Source: Escherichia coli
Lineage (GTDB): Bacteria; Pseudomonadota; Gammaproteobacteria; Enterobacterales; Enterobacteriaceae
Strand: one strand, 5' to 3'
Assembly: GCF_044324875.1 (NCBI RefSeq)
Contig: NZ_CP172185.1
Length of the DNA: 64,000 nucleotides
Made by a program: the position numbers and the translations under genes. Positions 13,739 to 25,858 of this stretch are shown piece after piece. Each line of letters opens with the position of its first letter. Position 1 is the first letter of the stretch. Below the pieces are notes generated by a model. That model did no database searches. It saw nothing but the letters and a program-made list of their open reading frames with translations, and had not been told where the DNA came from.

Positions 13739-16000
13739 TCATCCCCGACGCAAATTCTGCGCCGCCTGCACCATGTTCGCCAGTGCCGCGCGGGTTTCTG
13801 GCCAGCCGCGCGTTTTCAGGCCACAGTCCGGGTTGACCCACAGACGCTCTGCCGGAATGCGTTTTGCCGCTTTCTTCAGCAAGGCTTCAATCCATTCCAC
13901 GCTCGGTACGTTTGGCGAGTGAATGTCATAGACGCCAGGACCGATTTCATTTGGATAATCAAACTCTTCAAACGACTCCAGCAACTCCATGTCGGAACGC
14001 GAGGTTTCGATGGTGATGACGTCTGCGTCCAGCGCCGCAATCGAATCCATGATGTCGTTGAACTCGCAGTAACACATGTGAGTGTGGATTTGTGTGTCAT
14101 CTTTCGCCACGGCGGCGTTGATACGGAAAGCCTCCACGCCCCACTGGAGATAGGCATCCCAGTCGCCGCGACGCAGCGGTAAACCTTCGCGCAGTGCCGG
14201 TTCATCAATCTGGATGATGCCAATTCCAGCGGCTTCCAGGTCCGCCACTTCATCACGCAGCGCCAGCGCAATTTGTTTGGCGATGGTTTCACGGCTGACA
14301 TCTTCACGCGGGAACGACCAGCAGAGAATGGTCACCGGGCCGGTCAGCATCCCTTTCACCGGTTTGTCAGTCAGCGATTGCGCATACTTCGCCCACTCAA
14401 TGGTAATCGGTGCCGGGCGGCTAACGTCACCAATGACAATCGGCGGCTTCACGCAGCGGGAACCGTAGCTCTGTACCCAACCGTTTTGCGTAAAGACAAA
14501 ACCGTCGAGATGCTCGCCAAAGTATTCCACCATGTCATTACGCTCGGCCTCGCCATGCACCAGCACATCCAGACCTAAACGTTCCTGCTCAACAATGGCC
14601 TGCTTGATATGTTCCGCAATGCCCGTGCGGTAGTTGTTGGCGTCGAGATTACCCTTTTTGAAATCCAGACGCAGGGTACGAATTTCCGTGGTTTGCGGGA
14701 AGGAACCAATCGTGGTGGTCGGCCACGCGGGCAGTTTAAAACGCGCACGCTGGGCTTCAGCACGCACTTCATAGACATTCGCACGCTGACTGTCCTGAGC
14801 GGTGATCGCCGCCAGACGCTTTTCTACTGCCGGATTATGTACGCGGGTTGAGTGACGACGCGCCTGAATCGGAGCGCTCCACTCTGCCAGAGCAGCCGTG
14901 TCACCACTGTTCAGCGCATCGCGCAGCAGTGCCAGTTCATGACATTTTTGCAGGGCGAAGGCAAACCAGCTTTTCACTTCTGCATCAAGACGCGTTTCCA
15001 CGCTCAGGTCGATGGGGCTGTGCAGCAGTGAGCAGGAAGATGCCACCCACAAATCGCGTTTGCCGACAATGTCCTTAATTTGCGCATACTTCTCGGTAAG
15101 ATCGGCGCGCCAGACGTTACGACCATTGATCAGACCCGCAGACAGCAGCCAGTCAGAAGGCAGACGCTTGTGCAGTTCAGCAACGTCATCTTTACCATGT
15201 ACAAGATCGACATGCAGACCCTGAACAGGCAGCGCAGTAATCGTGTCGAGATTTGGCGTTACGCCTTCAAAATAGGTGGTCAGCAGCAGTTTCACCTGTC
15301 CCTGGAGCGCGTCGTAAGCGGGTTTGTATGCGTCCAGCCACGCCTGCGGTAGTTCCAGTACCAGCGCTGGTTCGTCGATCTGTACCCACTCAATACCGCG
15401 TTTTGCCAGTTCTGCCAGCACTTGCTGATAAATCGGAAGAATGTCGTTCAGCAGGCTCAGGCGATCAAACTGTTCACCTTTCACTTTACCCAGCCACAGG
15501 TAGGTAACCGGCCCCAGCAGCACAGGTTTCACCTTGTGGCCCAGCGCCAGCGCCTCGTCCACTTCCTCCAGCAGCTGCGTCCAGGTCAGTTTGAACTGTT
15601 GGCCTTTAACGAACTCCGGCACCATGTAGTGATAGTTGGTGTTAAACCATTTGGTCATTTCCGCTGCCGCCGCAGGTTCACCAGTCGGCGCACGTCCACG
15701 ACCAATACGGAACAGGGTGTCGATATCTACCGAACCATCTTTGTTCTGATGACGTGGCGGAACATTACCCAGCAGCAGACTGGTGGTCAGTACATGATCG
15801 TACCAGGCAAAATCGCCCACCGGCAGCAGGTCGATACCCGCCTGCTTTTGTTGATCCCAGTGACGGGCACGTAATTCACGCCCAACCGCCAGCAGTTCTT
15901 CACGCGTGGAGTTCCCCGCCCAATAACTTTCTTGCGCTTTTTTCAGCTCGCGACGCAGGCCAACGCGAGGGAAACCGAGGGTGTGATTCAATATTGTCAT
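13739..16000 (-). CDS. metE: Cobalamin-independent methionine synthase
   Basis: 753-aa ORF beginning [29 protein letters not shown]; recognised as MetE. Confidence 0.95.
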   Translation of the reverse strand: MTILNHTLGFPRVGLRRELKKAQESYWAGNSTREELLAVGRELRARHWDQQKQAGIDLLPVGDFAWYDHVLTTSLLLGNVPPRHQNKDGSVDIDTLFRIGRGRAPTGEPAAAAEMTKWFNTNYHYMVPEFVKGQQFKLTWTQLLEEVDEALALGHKVKPVLLGPVTYLWLGKVKGEQFDRLSLLNDILPIYQQVLAELAKRGIEWVQIDEPALVLELPQAWLDAYKPAYDALQGQVKLLLTTYFEGVTPNLDTITALPVQGLHVDLVHGKDDVAELHKRLPSDWLLSAGLINGRNVWRADLTEKYAQIKDIVGKRDLWVASSCSLLHSPIDLSVETRLDAEVKSWFAFALQKCHELALLRDALNSGDTAALAEWSAPIQARRHSTRVHNPAVEKRLAAITAQDSQRANVYEVRAEAQRARFKLPAWPTTTIGSFPQTTEIRTLRLDFKKGNLDANNYRTGIAEHIKQAIVEQERLGLDVLVHGEAERNDMVEYFGEHLDGFVFTQNGWVQSYGSRCVKPPIVIGDVSRPAPITIEWAKYAQSLTDKPVKGMLTGPVTILCWSFPREDVSRETIAKQIALALRDEVADLEAAGIGIIQIDEPALREGLPLRRGDWDAYLQWGVEAFRINAAVAKDDTQIHTHMCYCEFNDIMDSIAALDADVITIETSRSDMELLESFEEFDYPNEIGPGVYDIHSPNVPSVEWIEALLKKAAKRIPAERLWVNPDCGLKTRGWPETRAALANMVQAAQNLRRG

Positions 16001-16235
16001 TTTTCTTCCTCTAATTATATGTAAATCCTATGGATTTTGAATTTAGGGAAGGCGGCAAGTTTATTCATCCCCGGGAGCTTACTGAAGTAAGTGACCGGGG
16101 TGAAGAAACGCAGCCAACGCACCATAAATTTAAAAGACGAAGGATTTTAGCCGTCCAGATGTTTACACATCCATAATTGGCGGTTACTGTATATTCCTCA
16201 AGCGCAAATTATTCATGCCGAAGTGAAGGACTTTC
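16001..16235. promoter_or_regulatory. metE-metR divergent promoter/operator region
   Basis: Intergenic region between divergently transcribed metE and metR; MetR and MetJ are known to act here. Individual operator sites not resolved by eye. Confidence 0.5.
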
Positions 16236-17189
16236 ATGATCGAAGTAAAACATCTGAAAACGCTACAAGCGTTGCGGAACTGCGGCTCGCTCGCAGCCGC
16301 TGCGGCGACGTTGCATCAGACGCAATCCGCCCTGTCTCACCAGTTTAGCGATCTGGAACAACGCCTTGGCTTCCGGCTATTTGTGCGTAAGAGCCAGCCG
16401 CTTCGCTTTACACCGCAGGGAGAAATCCTGTTGCAACTGGCAAATCAGGTGCTGCCGCAAATCAGCCAGGCACTGCAAGCCTGCAATGAACCGCAGCAGA
16501 CGCGTCTGCGCATTGCCATCGAGTGCCATAGCTGTATTCAGTGGCTGACGCCCGCGTTAGAAAATTTCCATAAGAACTGGCCGCAGGTCGAGATGGACTT
16601 TAAATCGGGCGTGACGTTTGACCCGCAGCCTGCGTTGCAACAGGGCGAGCTGGATCTGGTGATGACGTCAGATATTCTGCCGCGCAGTGGCCTGCATTAT
16701 TCGCCGATGTTCGATTATGAAGTGCGTCTGGTGTTGGCACCTGACCATCCGCTGGCGGCGAAAACGCGTATTACACCGGAAGATCTCGCCAGCGAGACGC
16801 TGTTGATTTATCCGGTGCAGCGTAGTCGACTGGATGTCTGGCGGCATTTTCTTCAGCCAGCAGGCGTCAGCCCGTCACTGAAAAGCGTCGATAACACCTT
16901 ATTGTTGATTCAGATGGTTGCCGCGCGGATGGGTATTGCCGCACTACCGCATTGGGTGGTGGAGAGTTTTGAACGCCAGGGTCTGGTGGTGACCAAAACC
17001 CTGGGCGAAGGCTTGTGGAGCCGACTGTACGCCGCCGTGCGCGATGGCGAGCAGCGTCAGCCGATTACAGAAGCGTTTATTCGCTCAGCGCGCAATCACG
17101 CCTGCGATCATCTGCCGTTTGTGAAGAGCGCGGAGCGACCCACTTACGATGCACCCACAGTGAGGCCAGGATCACCAGCGCGCCTGTAA
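16236..17189 (+). CDS. metR: LysR-family transcriptional activator MetR
   Basis: 317-aa ORF with N-terminal HTH ([37 protein letters not shown]); recognised as MetR. Confidence 0.9.
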   Translation: MIEVKHLKTLQALRNCGSLAAAAATLHQTQSALSHQFSDLEQRLGFRLFVRKSQPLRFTPQGEILLQLANQVLPQISQALQACNEPQQTRLRIAIECHSCIQWLTPALENFHKNWPQVEMDFKSGVTFDPQPALQQGELDLVMTSDILPRSGLHYSPMFDYEVRLVLAPDHPLAAKTRITPEDLASETLLIYPVQRSRLDVWRHFLQPAGVSPSLKSVDNTLLLIQMVAARMGIAALPHWVVESFERQGLVVTKTLGEGLWSRLYAAVRDGEQRQPITEAFIRSARNHACDHLPFVKSAERPTYDAPTVRPGSPARL

Positions 17190-17976
17190 TAAACGTTGGC
17201 CAGTGCGGCTGTTGGTGCCAGATAGCCAGGTTTACCAGCAGCCCTGCCGGAACGTGCATATTATTCATAATGCCCAGCGTTCCGGCGTCCACCTGCGTCG
17301 CGCCGTAGTTCCACATAAAGTAGCCAATCCCGGAAGCCACCACGCCAAGAAACACCAGAATGCCCCATTGCAACGTGGTTTGCGGCATTTTCTGCGCATT
17401 TCCCAGCAAGAACCATGCAATCACCGCCACCAGGAACGCGCCAAGATAGAACCACGCAAAGGCGTTATGCTGCGGCATCGGGCGAGTTTCCATCAGACGT
17501 TTGTAACCCACCATGCCGATGGCAAAAGTGATATTGGAGAGCTGCACCAGCAGCAGGCCAGTCCAGAAGTGGTCGGTGACCTGATCATAGCGAATAATCC
17601 CGGCACCAATCACCGCCAACAAGGCGCTAAAAGCATAGCCCCAGCGCAGACGGCGCTGACTCATGATGTCATAAATCAACGTGATGTAGAGCGGCGTCAG
17701 TACGGTGAACAGCAGCAGCTCGGAGACCGTCAGGTAGAGATAGGCGCGGAAACTCAGCATATACATCACGCCGAGCTGCATCGCGCCTACCAGCATATAC
17801 AGGCCGACCGTTTTCAGGCTATTGCCACGGGTACGCAGAAACGGCAGAAAAACCAGTGCCGCCAGGCCAACGCGCACCAGCACTGCAAAATAGCTATCGA
17901 CGTGCCCCGCAAGGTACTCGCCATAAAAGCTAAAGGAGAAGGCCCACAGAATCGTGGTGATGATAAGTAGCGCCAC
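17077..17976 (-). CDS. yigM: EamA/DMT-family inner membrane transporter YigM
   Basis: 299-aa polytopic membrane ORF; conserved position convergent with metR, with 3' ends overlapping by ~113 bp. Confidence 0.8.
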   Translation of the reverse strand: MALLIITTILWAFSFSFYGEYLAGHVDSYFAVLVRVGLAALVFLPFLRTRGNSLKTVGLYMLVGAMQLGVMYMLSFRAYLYLTVSELLLFTVLTPLYITLIYDIMSQRRLRWGYAFSALLAVIGAGIIRYDQVTDHFWTGLLLVQLSNITFAIGMVGYKRLMETRPMPQHNAFAWFYLGAFLVAVIAWFLLGNAQKMPQTTLQWGILVFLGVVASGIGYFMWNYGATQVDAGTLGIMNNMHVPAGLLVNLAIWHQQPHWPTFITGALVILASLWVHRKWVAPRSSQTADDRRRDCALSE

Positions 17977-18051
17977 AATGGAAAACTCTTTGATTAACGA
18001 GTATCCATTGTAGCGAAGTATCAGGTTGACAACTGACCAAATAAAGAACGA

Positions 18052-18852
18052 TTACGATAAATAGAGCTTACGCAGATAATGCGGCACTGCGTCCTCGGCG
18101 TTAGTACCAATCACTTCCAGTTCCGGATGCAGATCTTTCAGACGCTGGTGCGCACTGCCCATAATGCAGCCTTTCCCCGCCATCGACAGCATTTCGGCGT
18201 CGTTCATCCCGTCACCAAACGCAATACAATCTTGCAGGCTGTAGCCCAGTTTCTTCGCCACCGCTTCCAGCGCATGACCTTTCGACACGCCGCCCGCCAT
18301 CACTTCCAGACAGGTTAAGGTAGAGAAACTGACGTTGACGCGATCGCCCCAGCGAGCGTTGATCGCCTGCTCCAGCGGCAGAAGTTGTTCATGGGAATCG
18401 CAGGTGAAGAACACTTTGCTGACGCCTTCCGGCTCCAGTAATCCCGGCTCATACAGCGCATATTTGAACACCGCTTCTTTAAAAAAGCGCATCTCTTCCG
18501 GGCGATGGCGATTCATAAACCATTCGTCGTCGCGATAAACGTTAGTAATGATGTCCGGATTGTCGTTGACTACGCCAAACAGATCGCTGGCAATGTCGCG
18601 ATCCAGGTTATGAGCAAAAATCAGATTGCCATCCAGATCGTGAACGCGCGCGCCATTGGAGGTAATCATGTAAGACTTAATCTCCAGATTATCGCGAATT
18701 TGCCCCACATCAACGTGGTGACGACCGGTCGCAAACACAAAGTTGATGCCGCGCGCGGTGAGCAGCTTCAGAGTTTCTTTGGCGTAAGGGGATAACGTAT
18801 GGTCGGGAGAAAGTAACGTGCCATCTAAATCAGACGCAACAACCTGGTACAT
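18052..18852 (-). CDS. yigL: Cof-type HAD phosphatase YigL
   Basis: ORF track begins at 18978; the HAD motif start MYQVVASDLDGTLL gives a 266-aa protein starting at ~18852, immediately after the pldB stop. Confidence 0.85.
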   Translation of the reverse strand: MYQVVASDLDGTLLSPDHTLSPYAKETLKLLTARGINFVFATGRHHVDVGQIRDNLEIKSYMITSNGARVHDLDGNLIFAHNLDRDIASDLFGVVNDNPDIITNVYRDDEWFMNRHRPEEMRFFKEAVFKYALYEPGLLEPEGVSKVFFTCDSHEQLLPLEQAINARWGDRVNVSFSTLTCLEVMAGGVSKGHALEAVAKKLGYSLQDCIAFGDGMNDAEMLSMAGKGCIMGSAHQRLKDLHPELEVIGTNAEDAVPHYLRKLYLS

Positions 18853-18859
18853 AAGAAAT

Positions 18860-19882
18860 TTAAACCTCTGTAGAGCGGTTTCCGCTGGGTGAGTTATGCC
18901 TGTTGAAAAAATCAACGATGGCGTGGAGCGCGACTGAGCGCATTGCGTCCTTTTCAAAAAGGATCTCATGGTACGCACCTTTAATTACCAACGGCCGTCC
19001 TCCTTCGACAGGATGGCCCGCGGCAGTGCGGAGTTCACAAAAACGGTCGTGCATGCGGTTATCCACCACGCGTTCCTCTTCAGCTTGTAAGAGAAGCGTT
19101 GGCGTGGTGTCATCACCCGCACCGGCTAACACCTGTTCGCCAGCCAGAATACTTTCGCGTACCCAATGGTAGGTCGGCCCACCGACGCGAATCGTTGGGT
19201 CATCAGCATAGAAGCGTAAGTTACGTCGATATCGCTGTCTGCTGTGGGTCAGTACGTTGATAGCAAACGGCAACGCGCGCCAGCGCCCGGTGCCTATTGC
19301 ATAGCCATCACGGAAACGTGGATGCGCTTCGGCCCAGTTGAGGATCTGCCGTGCCATAAATGACGGCATACGAATCACGATCCCAAACATTGGCGCAGTT
19401 AGCGCAATGGCGTCACATACACCTGGATGGCGTTGCAGAAATAATGTGGAGATCGCACCGCCCATTGAATGTGCCAGTATATAGCGTTTACGCCACGGAC
19501 CGGGCTGAACCTCCTGTTGCCAGAATGCCGCCAGATCATCAACATAATCATTAAAGCGATTAACATGCCCGAGATGCGGATCGGCTAACAGGCGACCGGA
19601 ACGTCCCTGCCCGCGATGGTCGATGATTAAGACATCAAACCCCAAATGGAACAGGTCATAGGCCAGTTCCGCATATTTTACGTAGCTCTCAATACGCCCC
19701 GGGCAGATGACTACCACCCGGTCATGGTGCTGTGCGCGAAAACGGACAAAGCGCACCGGAATGTCATCCACACCAGTAAATTCTGCTTCATCACGCTGAC
19801 GCCAGAAATCAGTCAGCGGTCCCATGGTAAAAGCAGCAAACGCGTTTTCTCTTGTTTCCCAGTCTTTTTGCTGCTGAAACAT
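18860..19882 (-). CDS. pldB: Lysophospholipase L2
   Basis: 340-aa alpha/beta-hydrolase ORF (GHSMGG motif); conserved position. Confidence 0.85.
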   Translation of the reverse strand: MFQQQKDWETRENAFAAFTMGPLTDFWRQRDEAEFTGVDDIPVRFVRFRAQHHDRVVVICPGRIESYVKYAELAYDLFHLGFDVLIIDHRGQGRSGRLLADPHLGHVNRFNDYVDDLAAFWQQEVQPGPWRKRYILAHSMGGAISTLFLQRHPGVCDAIALTAPMFGIVIRMPSFMARQILNWAEAHPRFRDGYAIGTGRWRALPFAINVLTHSRQRYRRNLRFYADDPTIRVGGPTYHWVRESILAGEQVLAGAGDDTTPTLLLQAEEERVVDNRMHDRFCELRTAAGHPVEGGRPLVIKGAYHEILFEKDAMRSVALHAIVDFFNRHNSPSGNRSTEV

Positions 19883-19992
19883 CGGGTAATCTGCCTCTTA
19901 AACCACGTAAAATCGTTTTTTTAAGCGTGCCTGACACAACGCTGCGACAGTAGCGTATTGTGGCACAAAAATAGACACACCGGGAGTTCATC

Positions 19993-20613
19993 ATGACCTT
20001 AGAATGGTGGTTTGCCTACCTGCTGACATCGATCATTTTAAGCCTGTCGCCAGGCTCTGGCGCAATCAACACCATGACCACCTCGCTCAACCACGGTTAT
20101 CGCGGCGCGGTGGCGTCTATTGCTGGGCTTCAGACCGGACTGGCGATTCATATTGTGCTGGTTGGCGTGGGGTTGGGGACGCTATTTTCCCGCTCAGTGA
20201 TTGCGTTTGAAGTGTTGAAGTGGGCAGGCGCAGCTTACTTGATTTGGCTGGGAATACAGCAATGGCGCGCCGCTGGTGCAATTGACCTTAAATCGCTAGC
20301 CTCTACTCAATCGCGCCGACATTTGTTCCAGCGCGCAGTGTTTGTGAATCTTACCAATCCCAAAAGTATTGTGTTTCTGGCAGCGCTATTTCCGCAATTC
20401 ATCATGCCGCAGCAACCACAACTGATGCAGTATATCGTGCTCGGCGTCACCACTATTGTGGTCGATATTATTGTGATGATCGGTTACGCCACCCTTGCTC
20501 AACGGATTGCTCTATGGATTAAAGGACCAAAGCAGATGAAGGCGCTGAATAAGATTTTCGGCTCGTTGTTTATGCTGGTGGGAGCGCTGTTAGCATCGGC
20601 GAGGCATGCGTGA
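19993..20613 (+). CDS. rhtB: Homoserine/homoserine lactone efflux protein RhtB (LysE family)
   Basis: 206-aa membrane [30 protein letters not shown]...; LysE/RhtB family. Confidence 0.85.
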
Positions 20614-20620
20614 AAAATAA

Positions 20621-20655
20621 TGTCGGATGCGGCGTAAACGCCTTATCCGACTTAC
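20621..20655. repeat. REP (repetitive extragenic palindromic) element
   Basis: tgtcggatgcggcgtaaacgccttatccgac closely resembles the E. coli REP consensus (GCCGGATGCGGCGTAAACGCCTTATCCGGCCTAC); lies between convergent rhtB and rhtC. Confidence 0.55.
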
Positions 20656-20674
20656 TCTGATGACGCGTCTGGCA

Positions 20675-21295
20675 TCAACGCGAAATAATCAAATGAATGC
20701 CAAATCCGGCAAATAACGCCCCGGCAAAACCATCAATCCACTTCGCCAGACGCTGATAACCACGGCGCATTTGCGGCAAAGCAAACAGGCTGGCAACGAC
20801 GGTAAACCACGCCAGTGTTTCGATAATAATCAACGCGAAAATGCCCCAGCGCTCAGTGGTGCCGACGTTATCGCCGACAAACAGCGAGAATACCGAACCA
20901 AAGTAGATAATCGCTTTCGGATTGGCGAGATTGGTCAGTAAGCCTTTCAGGAAACTGCGCCCGCTTTTTGCCAGCTCAACCTGTGGTGCAGGCGCAGAAA
21001 CCGCCTCTTTTTTCAGTGCACCGCGTAGCATCTGGTAACCCATCCAGCAGAGATACAGGCCTCCGCCCACCATAATCAGCGTATGCAGCCAGGCCATTTT
21101 TTCGATAATCAAATGCAGGCCAAGCAACGCAATCCCAGCCCAAACCATTACGCCGCAGGTAATGCCCAGCACGCCCATCATCGCTTCTTTACGGGAACGA
21201 CTGACAGCGGTCTGAGAGACAAAAAAGAAATCGGGACCGGGGCTCATAAGCGCCACAATGTGCACCATGGCGACGGTGAGGAATAACATCAACAT
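20675..21295 (-). CDS. rhtC: Threonine efflux protein RhtC (LysE family)
   Basis: 206-aa membrane ORF MLMLFLTVAMVHIVALMSPGPDFFFV... Confidence 0.85.
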   Translation of the reverse strand: MLMLFLTVAMVHIVALMSPGPDFFFVSQTAVSRSRKEAMMGVLGITCGVMVWAGIALLGLHLIIEKMAWLHTLIMVGGGLYLCWMGYQMLRGALKKEAVSAPAPQVELAKSGRSFLKGLLTNLANPKAIIYFGSVFSLFVGDNVGTTERWGIFALIIIETLAWFTVVASLFALPQMRRGYQRLAKWIDGFAGALFAGFGIHLIISR

Positions 21296-21358
21296 ACATT
21301 AGACTCGCGGGGGAAACGTTTACGGAGTCTTCATCCTGGCACTTTTTTATCCTGCTGA

Positions 21359-23188
21359 CTACTCTTCGTCATCGCCATCAACATGCGCACGAATCAGCGC
21401 CATGAACGGTTTGCCAAAGCGTTCCAGCTTGCGCATCCCAACGCCGTTAACGCTGAGCATTTCGCTGGCAGTGATCGGCATCTGTTCAGCCATCTCAATC
21501 AAGGTCGCGTCGTTAAACACCACGTACGGCGGGACATTGCTTTCATCGGCAATCGATTTACGCAGTTTGCGTAATTTGGCGAACAGTTTGCGATCGTAGT
21601 TGCCGCCGAAGGATTTCTGCATCGCTTTCGGTTTGAGCGCCACGATACGCGGCACGGCAAGTTGCAAAGAGGATTCGCTGCGCAGCACCGGACGCGCAGC
21701 CTCTGTCAGTTGTAGGGCAGAATGCTGGGCAATATTTTGCGTCACCAGGCCGAGGTGAATCAGCTGGCGGATCACGCTCACCCAATGTTCATGGCTTTTA
21801 TCACGGCCCATGCCATAGACTTTCAGTTTGTCATGACCATAGTCGCGGATACGCTGGTTATTAGCGCCACGAATCACTTCCACCACATAACCCATCCCAA
21901 ACCGCTGATTCACACGACCAATGGTGGAAAGGGCAATCTGAGCATCGGTTGAACCATCGTATTGTTTCGGCGGATCGAGGCAGATATCGCAGTTCCCGCA
22001 CGGCTCCTGCCGCCCTTCGCCAAAGTAGTTCAGCAGCACCAGACGACGGCAAGTTTGCGCTTCGGCAAACGCGCCCATCGCATTGAGTTTATGACGTTCG
22101 ATATCCTGTAACTGCCCCTGCGGTTTCTCTTCCAGACAACGACGCAGCCACGCCATATCCGCCGGATCGTAAAACAGCATCGCTTCCGCGGGCAGGCCAT
22201 CACGCCCGGCGCGTCCGGTTTCCTGATAATAGGATTCAATGTTGCGCGGAATATCAAAATGCACCACGAAGCGAACGTTTGGTTTATTGATGCCCATGCC
22301 GAACGCCACCGTCGCCACCACAATTTGCAGGTCATCGCGCTGGAATTTCTCCTGCACATCAGCGCGAACATTATTTTCCAGCCCGGCATGATAGGCCGCC
22401 GCGCTAATTCCCTTGCTTTGCAGGCGCGCAGCGGTGTCTTCTACTTTCGCACGACTATTACAGTAAATAATCCCCGACTTACCGCGTTGTTCCTGTACAT
22501 AACGCATCAACTGATCGAGCGGTTTGAATTTCTCCATCAGCATGTAGCGAATATTCGGACGGTCAAAACTGCTGATTTGAATCAGCGGATCGTTCAGCCC
22601 CAGCAGGCGCACGATATCCTGGCGCGTGGTGTCATCGGCTGTGGCAGTCAGCGCCATAAACGGCAGCGTCGGAAAACGCTGACGCAGCTGACCGAGGGCA
22701 GCGTATTCCGGGCGGAAATCGTGACCCCATTGGGAGATACAGTGCGCTTCATCAACGGCTAATAACACCGGATTCCAGTGCGCCAGATGCTCAAGAAAGT
22801 TATCCAGCATCAGACGTTCCGGCGCGATATAAAGCAGGCGGATTTGCCCGGTGCGACAGCCTGTCATAACTTCAAGTTGCTGCTCGCGGGTTTGCGTCGA
22901 GTTAAGGCACGCCGCCGCCACGCCGTTGGCTTGCAGTTGATCCACCTGATCTTTCATCAACGAAATCAGCGGTGAAACAACCACGGTAAGGCCGTTTAGC
23001 AATAAGGCAGGGATTTGATAGCAAAGGGATTTTCCGCCACCAGTGGGCATGACGACGAGGCAATCGCGGCCGGAAAGCACAGTGTCGATAATTTCTTCCT
23101 GGCCGGGGCGAAACTGTTGGTAGCCAAAGGTTTCTTGTAAAACCTGTTTAGCTCCGGACTCCAGATTCAACACTTCCGCCTGCGCCAC
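21359..23188 (-). CDS. recQ: ATP-dependent DNA helicase RecQ
   Basis: ORF track gives 611 aa; DEAH helicase motifs, Zn-binding Cys cluster and C-terminal HRDC domain present. Start likely at the GTG giving (M)[11 protein letters not shown]. Confidence 0.9.
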   Translation of the reverse strand: MAQAEVLNLESGAKQVLQETFGYQQFRPGQEEIIDTVLSGRDCLVVMPTGGGKSLCYQIPALLLNGLTVVVSPLISLMKDQVDQLQANGVAAACLNSTQTREQQLEVMTGCRTGQIRLLYIAPERLMLDNFLEHLAHWNPVLLAVDEAHCISQWGHDFRPEYAALGQLRQRFPTLPFMALTATADDTTRQDIVRLLGLNDPLIQISSFDRPNIRYMLMEKFKPLDQLMRYVQEQRGKSGIIYCNSRAKVEDTAARLQSKGISAAAYHAGLENNVRADVQEKFQRDDLQIVVATVAFGMGINKPNVRFVVHFDIPRNIESYYQETGRAGRDGLPAEAMLFYDPADMAWLRRCLEEKPQGQLQDIERHKLNAMGAFAEAQTCRRLVLLNYFGEGRQEPCGNCDICLDPPKQYDGSTDAQIALSTIGRVNQRFGMGYVVEVIRGANNQRIRDYGHDKLKVYGMGRDKSHEHWVSVIRQLIHLGLVTQNIAQHSALQLTEAARPVLRSESSLQLAVPRIVALKPKAMQKSFGGNYDRKLFAKLRKLRKSIADESNVPPYVVFNDATLIEMAEQMPITASEMLSVNGVGMRKLERFGKPFMALIRAHVDGDDEE

Positions 23189-23320
23189 ATTCACCCCGAT
23201 TGCCTGAAATAAAAACAGGCGCTATTTTCAGCGCCTGCGCGAGAAACTGCAATGCTTTTAGTCTCTGAGAGGGTAATCCTGGATACTGGATTCCAGATTT
23301 GCCAACCACTCAACCGTTCA

Positions 23321-24190
23321 TCAAAACAAGTCGTTTAGCATAACCCCTACACCAACGCGGGTCTGGTTGAAGTTATAGTCGATGAGCGATTCGCCGTAAC
23401 CGCTGTAAACCTGAGTATAAAGGCGCACATGTTTGGTGATCGGGTAACTTAAGCCTAACTCCGCGCCGCCGTAGCCCGTGTTCCAGTTGTACTGTCCTTT
23501 CGCACTCAACACCGCATCACCGAGGTGATAGCCAATTTTAAGCTGGTAGTAACCCATATATTTGGTGATATCCGGGTTATCGTCAGTATTACCCACCACA
23601 TACCACGGCTTCACTTCTACCAGCCAGTTACCGTTTTCTGCCATCAGGCGAGTATAAAGGCGGTTCCAGCTGCGGGAGGTCGGGTCTGAACGCCCGTTAG
23701 AGTCGTGGTTATACCCCATCTCCACATCGCGCAGCGTCCAACCTGCAAAACGGTAATCGGTGGCAAAACCGAGGAACAATTGCGGTTCGTAGTTGGTTTC
23801 ACGAAACGGTGAAGACTCTTCGCTATTGGACAGTTGCCACCAGGATTTTTGCGTATAAGACGCACCCAATACCGAGTTCGGGCCTAAAATCCCACGCCAC
23901 AGCGGAAATGCCAGGCTCAACTGAAACTTTACTTCATCCTTACGCGCATTTTCCGCCCAGTCGTAACTGGCAATCGCTTCTTTATTCAGATCGCTGGTTT
24001 GGGTGTAGATGAGGTAGTTGGTGTCATAAGGATAGAGCGTGAACGGATTGTCATGCTCCTGCAGCATATTGGCGATAATACTGCCACGCACCGCTGGCGC
24101 GTCATGCACCTCTTTCACCGTTGCCTCTTGTGCATATACTGCCATAGGCAACATAAACACCGGCAACAACCAGCCCTGCAGAGTCCGCAT
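23321..24190 (-). CDS. pldA: Outer membrane phospholipase A
   Basis: 289-aa ORF with signal peptide (MRTLQGWLLPVFMLPMAVYAQEA) and beta-barrel-like sequence; recognised as OMPLA. Confidence 0.9.
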   Translation of the reverse strand: MRTLQGWLLPVFMLPMAVYAQEATVKEVHDAPAVRGSIIANMLQEHDNPFTLYPYDTNYLIYTQTSDLNKEAIASYDWAENARKDEVKFQLSLAFPLWRGILGPNSVLGASYTQKSWWQLSNSEESSPFRETNYEPQLFLGFATDYRFAGWTLRDVEMGYNHDSNGRSDPTSRSWNRLYTRLMAENGNWLVEVKPWYVVGNTDDNPDITKYMGYYQLKIGYHLGDAVLSAKGQYNWNTGYGGAELGLSYPITKHVRLYTQVYSGYGESLIDYNFNQTRVGVGVMLNDLF

Positions 24191-24354
24191 CGGTCGTGTT
24201 CTCCGTAACGAATTATTGATAAGGTGAATATTTTTCTGCGGGCTATTTTACATACTTAACTCCATAGCCGTTAGTTATCCCTTCCTAAAGTAGAAACCAA
24301 CAACAAAGAAGCATAAAATCAACATTTCATTAACCAATGAAGTGTAAGGATGAT

Positions 24355-24822
24355 ATGTCTGCCGTACTGACCGCTGAACAAGCCCTGAAATTAGTGGGTG
24401 AGATGTTTGTTTATCACATGCCATTTAACCGCGCATTGGGGATGGAACTGGAGCGTTACGAAAAAGAGTTCGCACAGCTGGCCTTTAAAAATCAGCCAAT
24501 GATGGTGGGTAACTGGGCGCAAAGCATTTTGCACGGCGGAGTCATTGCGTCGGCGCTGGATGTCGCCGCCGGTCTGGTGTGCGTGGGAAGTACCTTAACC
24601 CGCCACGAAACCATCAGTGAAGATGAACTACGCCAGCGGCTATCGCGGATGGGGACCATTGATCTTCGCGTTGATTATCTGCGCCCAGGCAGGGGCGAGC
24701 GTTTTACTGCTACCAGTAGTCTGTTGCGTGCAGGCAATAAAGTCGCCGTCGCCCGCGTTGAATTACACAATGAAGAACAGCTTTATATTGCCAGCGCTAC
24801 AGCCACCTATATGGTAGGTTGA
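24355..24822 (+). CDS. yigI: 4HBT/hotdog-fold thioesterase YigI
   Basis: ORF track begins at 24337; known protein starts [18 protein letters not shown] (155 aa). Confidence 0.8.
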   Translation: MSAVLTAEQALKLVGEMFVYHMPFNRALGMELERYEKEFAQLAFKNQPMMVGNWAQSILHGGVIASALDVAAGLVCVGSTLTRHETISEDELRQRLSRMGTIDLRVDYLRPGRGERFTATSSLLRAGNKVAVARVELHNEEQLYIASATATYMVG

Positions 24823-24873
24823 TAACGTAAAAGCAGGTAAACTGCTGTTACCAATTAAAAATGAGTATTCCCG

Positions 24874-25764
24874 ATGGATGCAAAACAAACGCGGCAGGGC
24901 GTATTACTCGCTCTTGCCGCTTATTTTATTTGGGGTATTGCGCCAGCGTACTTCAAGCTGATTTACTACGTGCCCGCCGATGAGATCCTGACGCATCGCG
25001 TGATCTGGTCGTTTTTCTTTATGGTGGTGCTGATGAGCATTTGCCGCCAGTGGTCCTATTTAAAAACGCTGATTCAGACGCCACAGAAAATTTTTATGCT
25101 GGCAGTCTCTGCCGTGCTGATTGGTGGCAACTGGCTACTGTTTATCTGGGCGGTGAACAATCACCATATGCTGGAAGCGAGCCTTGGTTACTTTATTAAC
25201 CCGCTGGTGAACATTGTGCTGGGGATGATTTTCCTCGGCGAGCGATTCCGCCGGATGCAATGGCTGGCGGTGATTCTGGCGATATGTGGCGTGTTGGTTC
25301 AGTTGTGGACTTTTGGTTCACTGCCGATTATCGCGCTGGGGCTGGCGTTTAGTTTTGCCTTCTACGGCCTGGTACGCAAGAAGATTGCTGTTGAAGCGCA
25401 AACCGGCATGTTAATCGAAACTATGTGGTTGCTGCCCGTGGCGGCGATTTACCTGTTTGCTATTGCCGACAGCGCAACCAGCCATATGGGGCAAAACCCG
25501 ATGTCGCTGAATTTACTGCTGATCGCCGCCGGTATTGTCACTACCGTACCGCTGTTGTGTTTTACTGCGGCTGCGACACGCCTGCGTCTCTCAACGTTAG
25601 GCTTTTTTCAGTACATTGGCCCGACGCTGATGTTCCTGCTGGCTGTGACGTTTTATGGCGAAAAACCGGGTGCCGATAAGATGGTGACCTTCGCCTTTAT
25701 TTGGGTGGCGCTGGCAATTTTTGTGATGGATGCGATTTATACGCAGCGTAGAACGTCCAAATAA
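24874..25764 (+). CDS. rarD: EamA/DMT-family transporter RarD
   Basis: 296-aa polytopic membrane ORF; conserved position. Confidence 0.85.
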   Translation: MDAKQTRQGVLLALAAYFIWGIAPAYFKLIYYVPADEILTHRVIWSFFFMVVLMSICRQWSYLKTLIQTPQKIFMLAVSAVLIGGNWLLFIWAVNNHHMLEASLGYFINPLVNIVLGMIFLGERFRRMQWLAVILAICGVLVQLWTFGSLPIIALGLAFSFAFYGLVRKKIAVEAQTGMLIETMWLLPVAAIYLFAIADSATSHMGQNPMSLNLLLIAAGIVTTVPLLCFTAAATRLRLSTLGFFQYIGPTLMFLLAVTFYGEKPGADKMVTFAFIWVALAIFVMDAIYTQRRTSK

Positions 25765-25858
25765 AAAATAAATATATTCTGAAAAAATATGCCGACTCTT
25801 GCATGAGAGTGGGCATATTGCCATGCTGACAGGAGACTCACACAAGGATGTAAAATTT

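Noticed and set aside
13876-15874. Multiple 70-150-aa ORFs on both strands inside metE
   Set aside because: All lie within or antisense to the 753-aa metE ORF, which is unambiguous.
17203-17970. 255-aa plus-strand ORF antisense to yigM
   Set aside because: His/Gln/Arg-rich shadow frame; yigM on the minus strand is a clean polytopic membrane protein.
18853-18978. N-terminal extensions given by the ORF track for yigL (and likewise hemC, aslB, ysgA, yigI, yigG, yigF, corA, uvrD, tatA, ubiJ, rffG)
   Set aside because: The extensions run into the upstream gene or lack an RBS; known protein N-termini start at internal ATG/GTG codons, so starts were trimmed.
22259-22762. 167-aa plus-strand ORF inside recQ
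   Set aside because: Antisense to the RecQ helicase domain.
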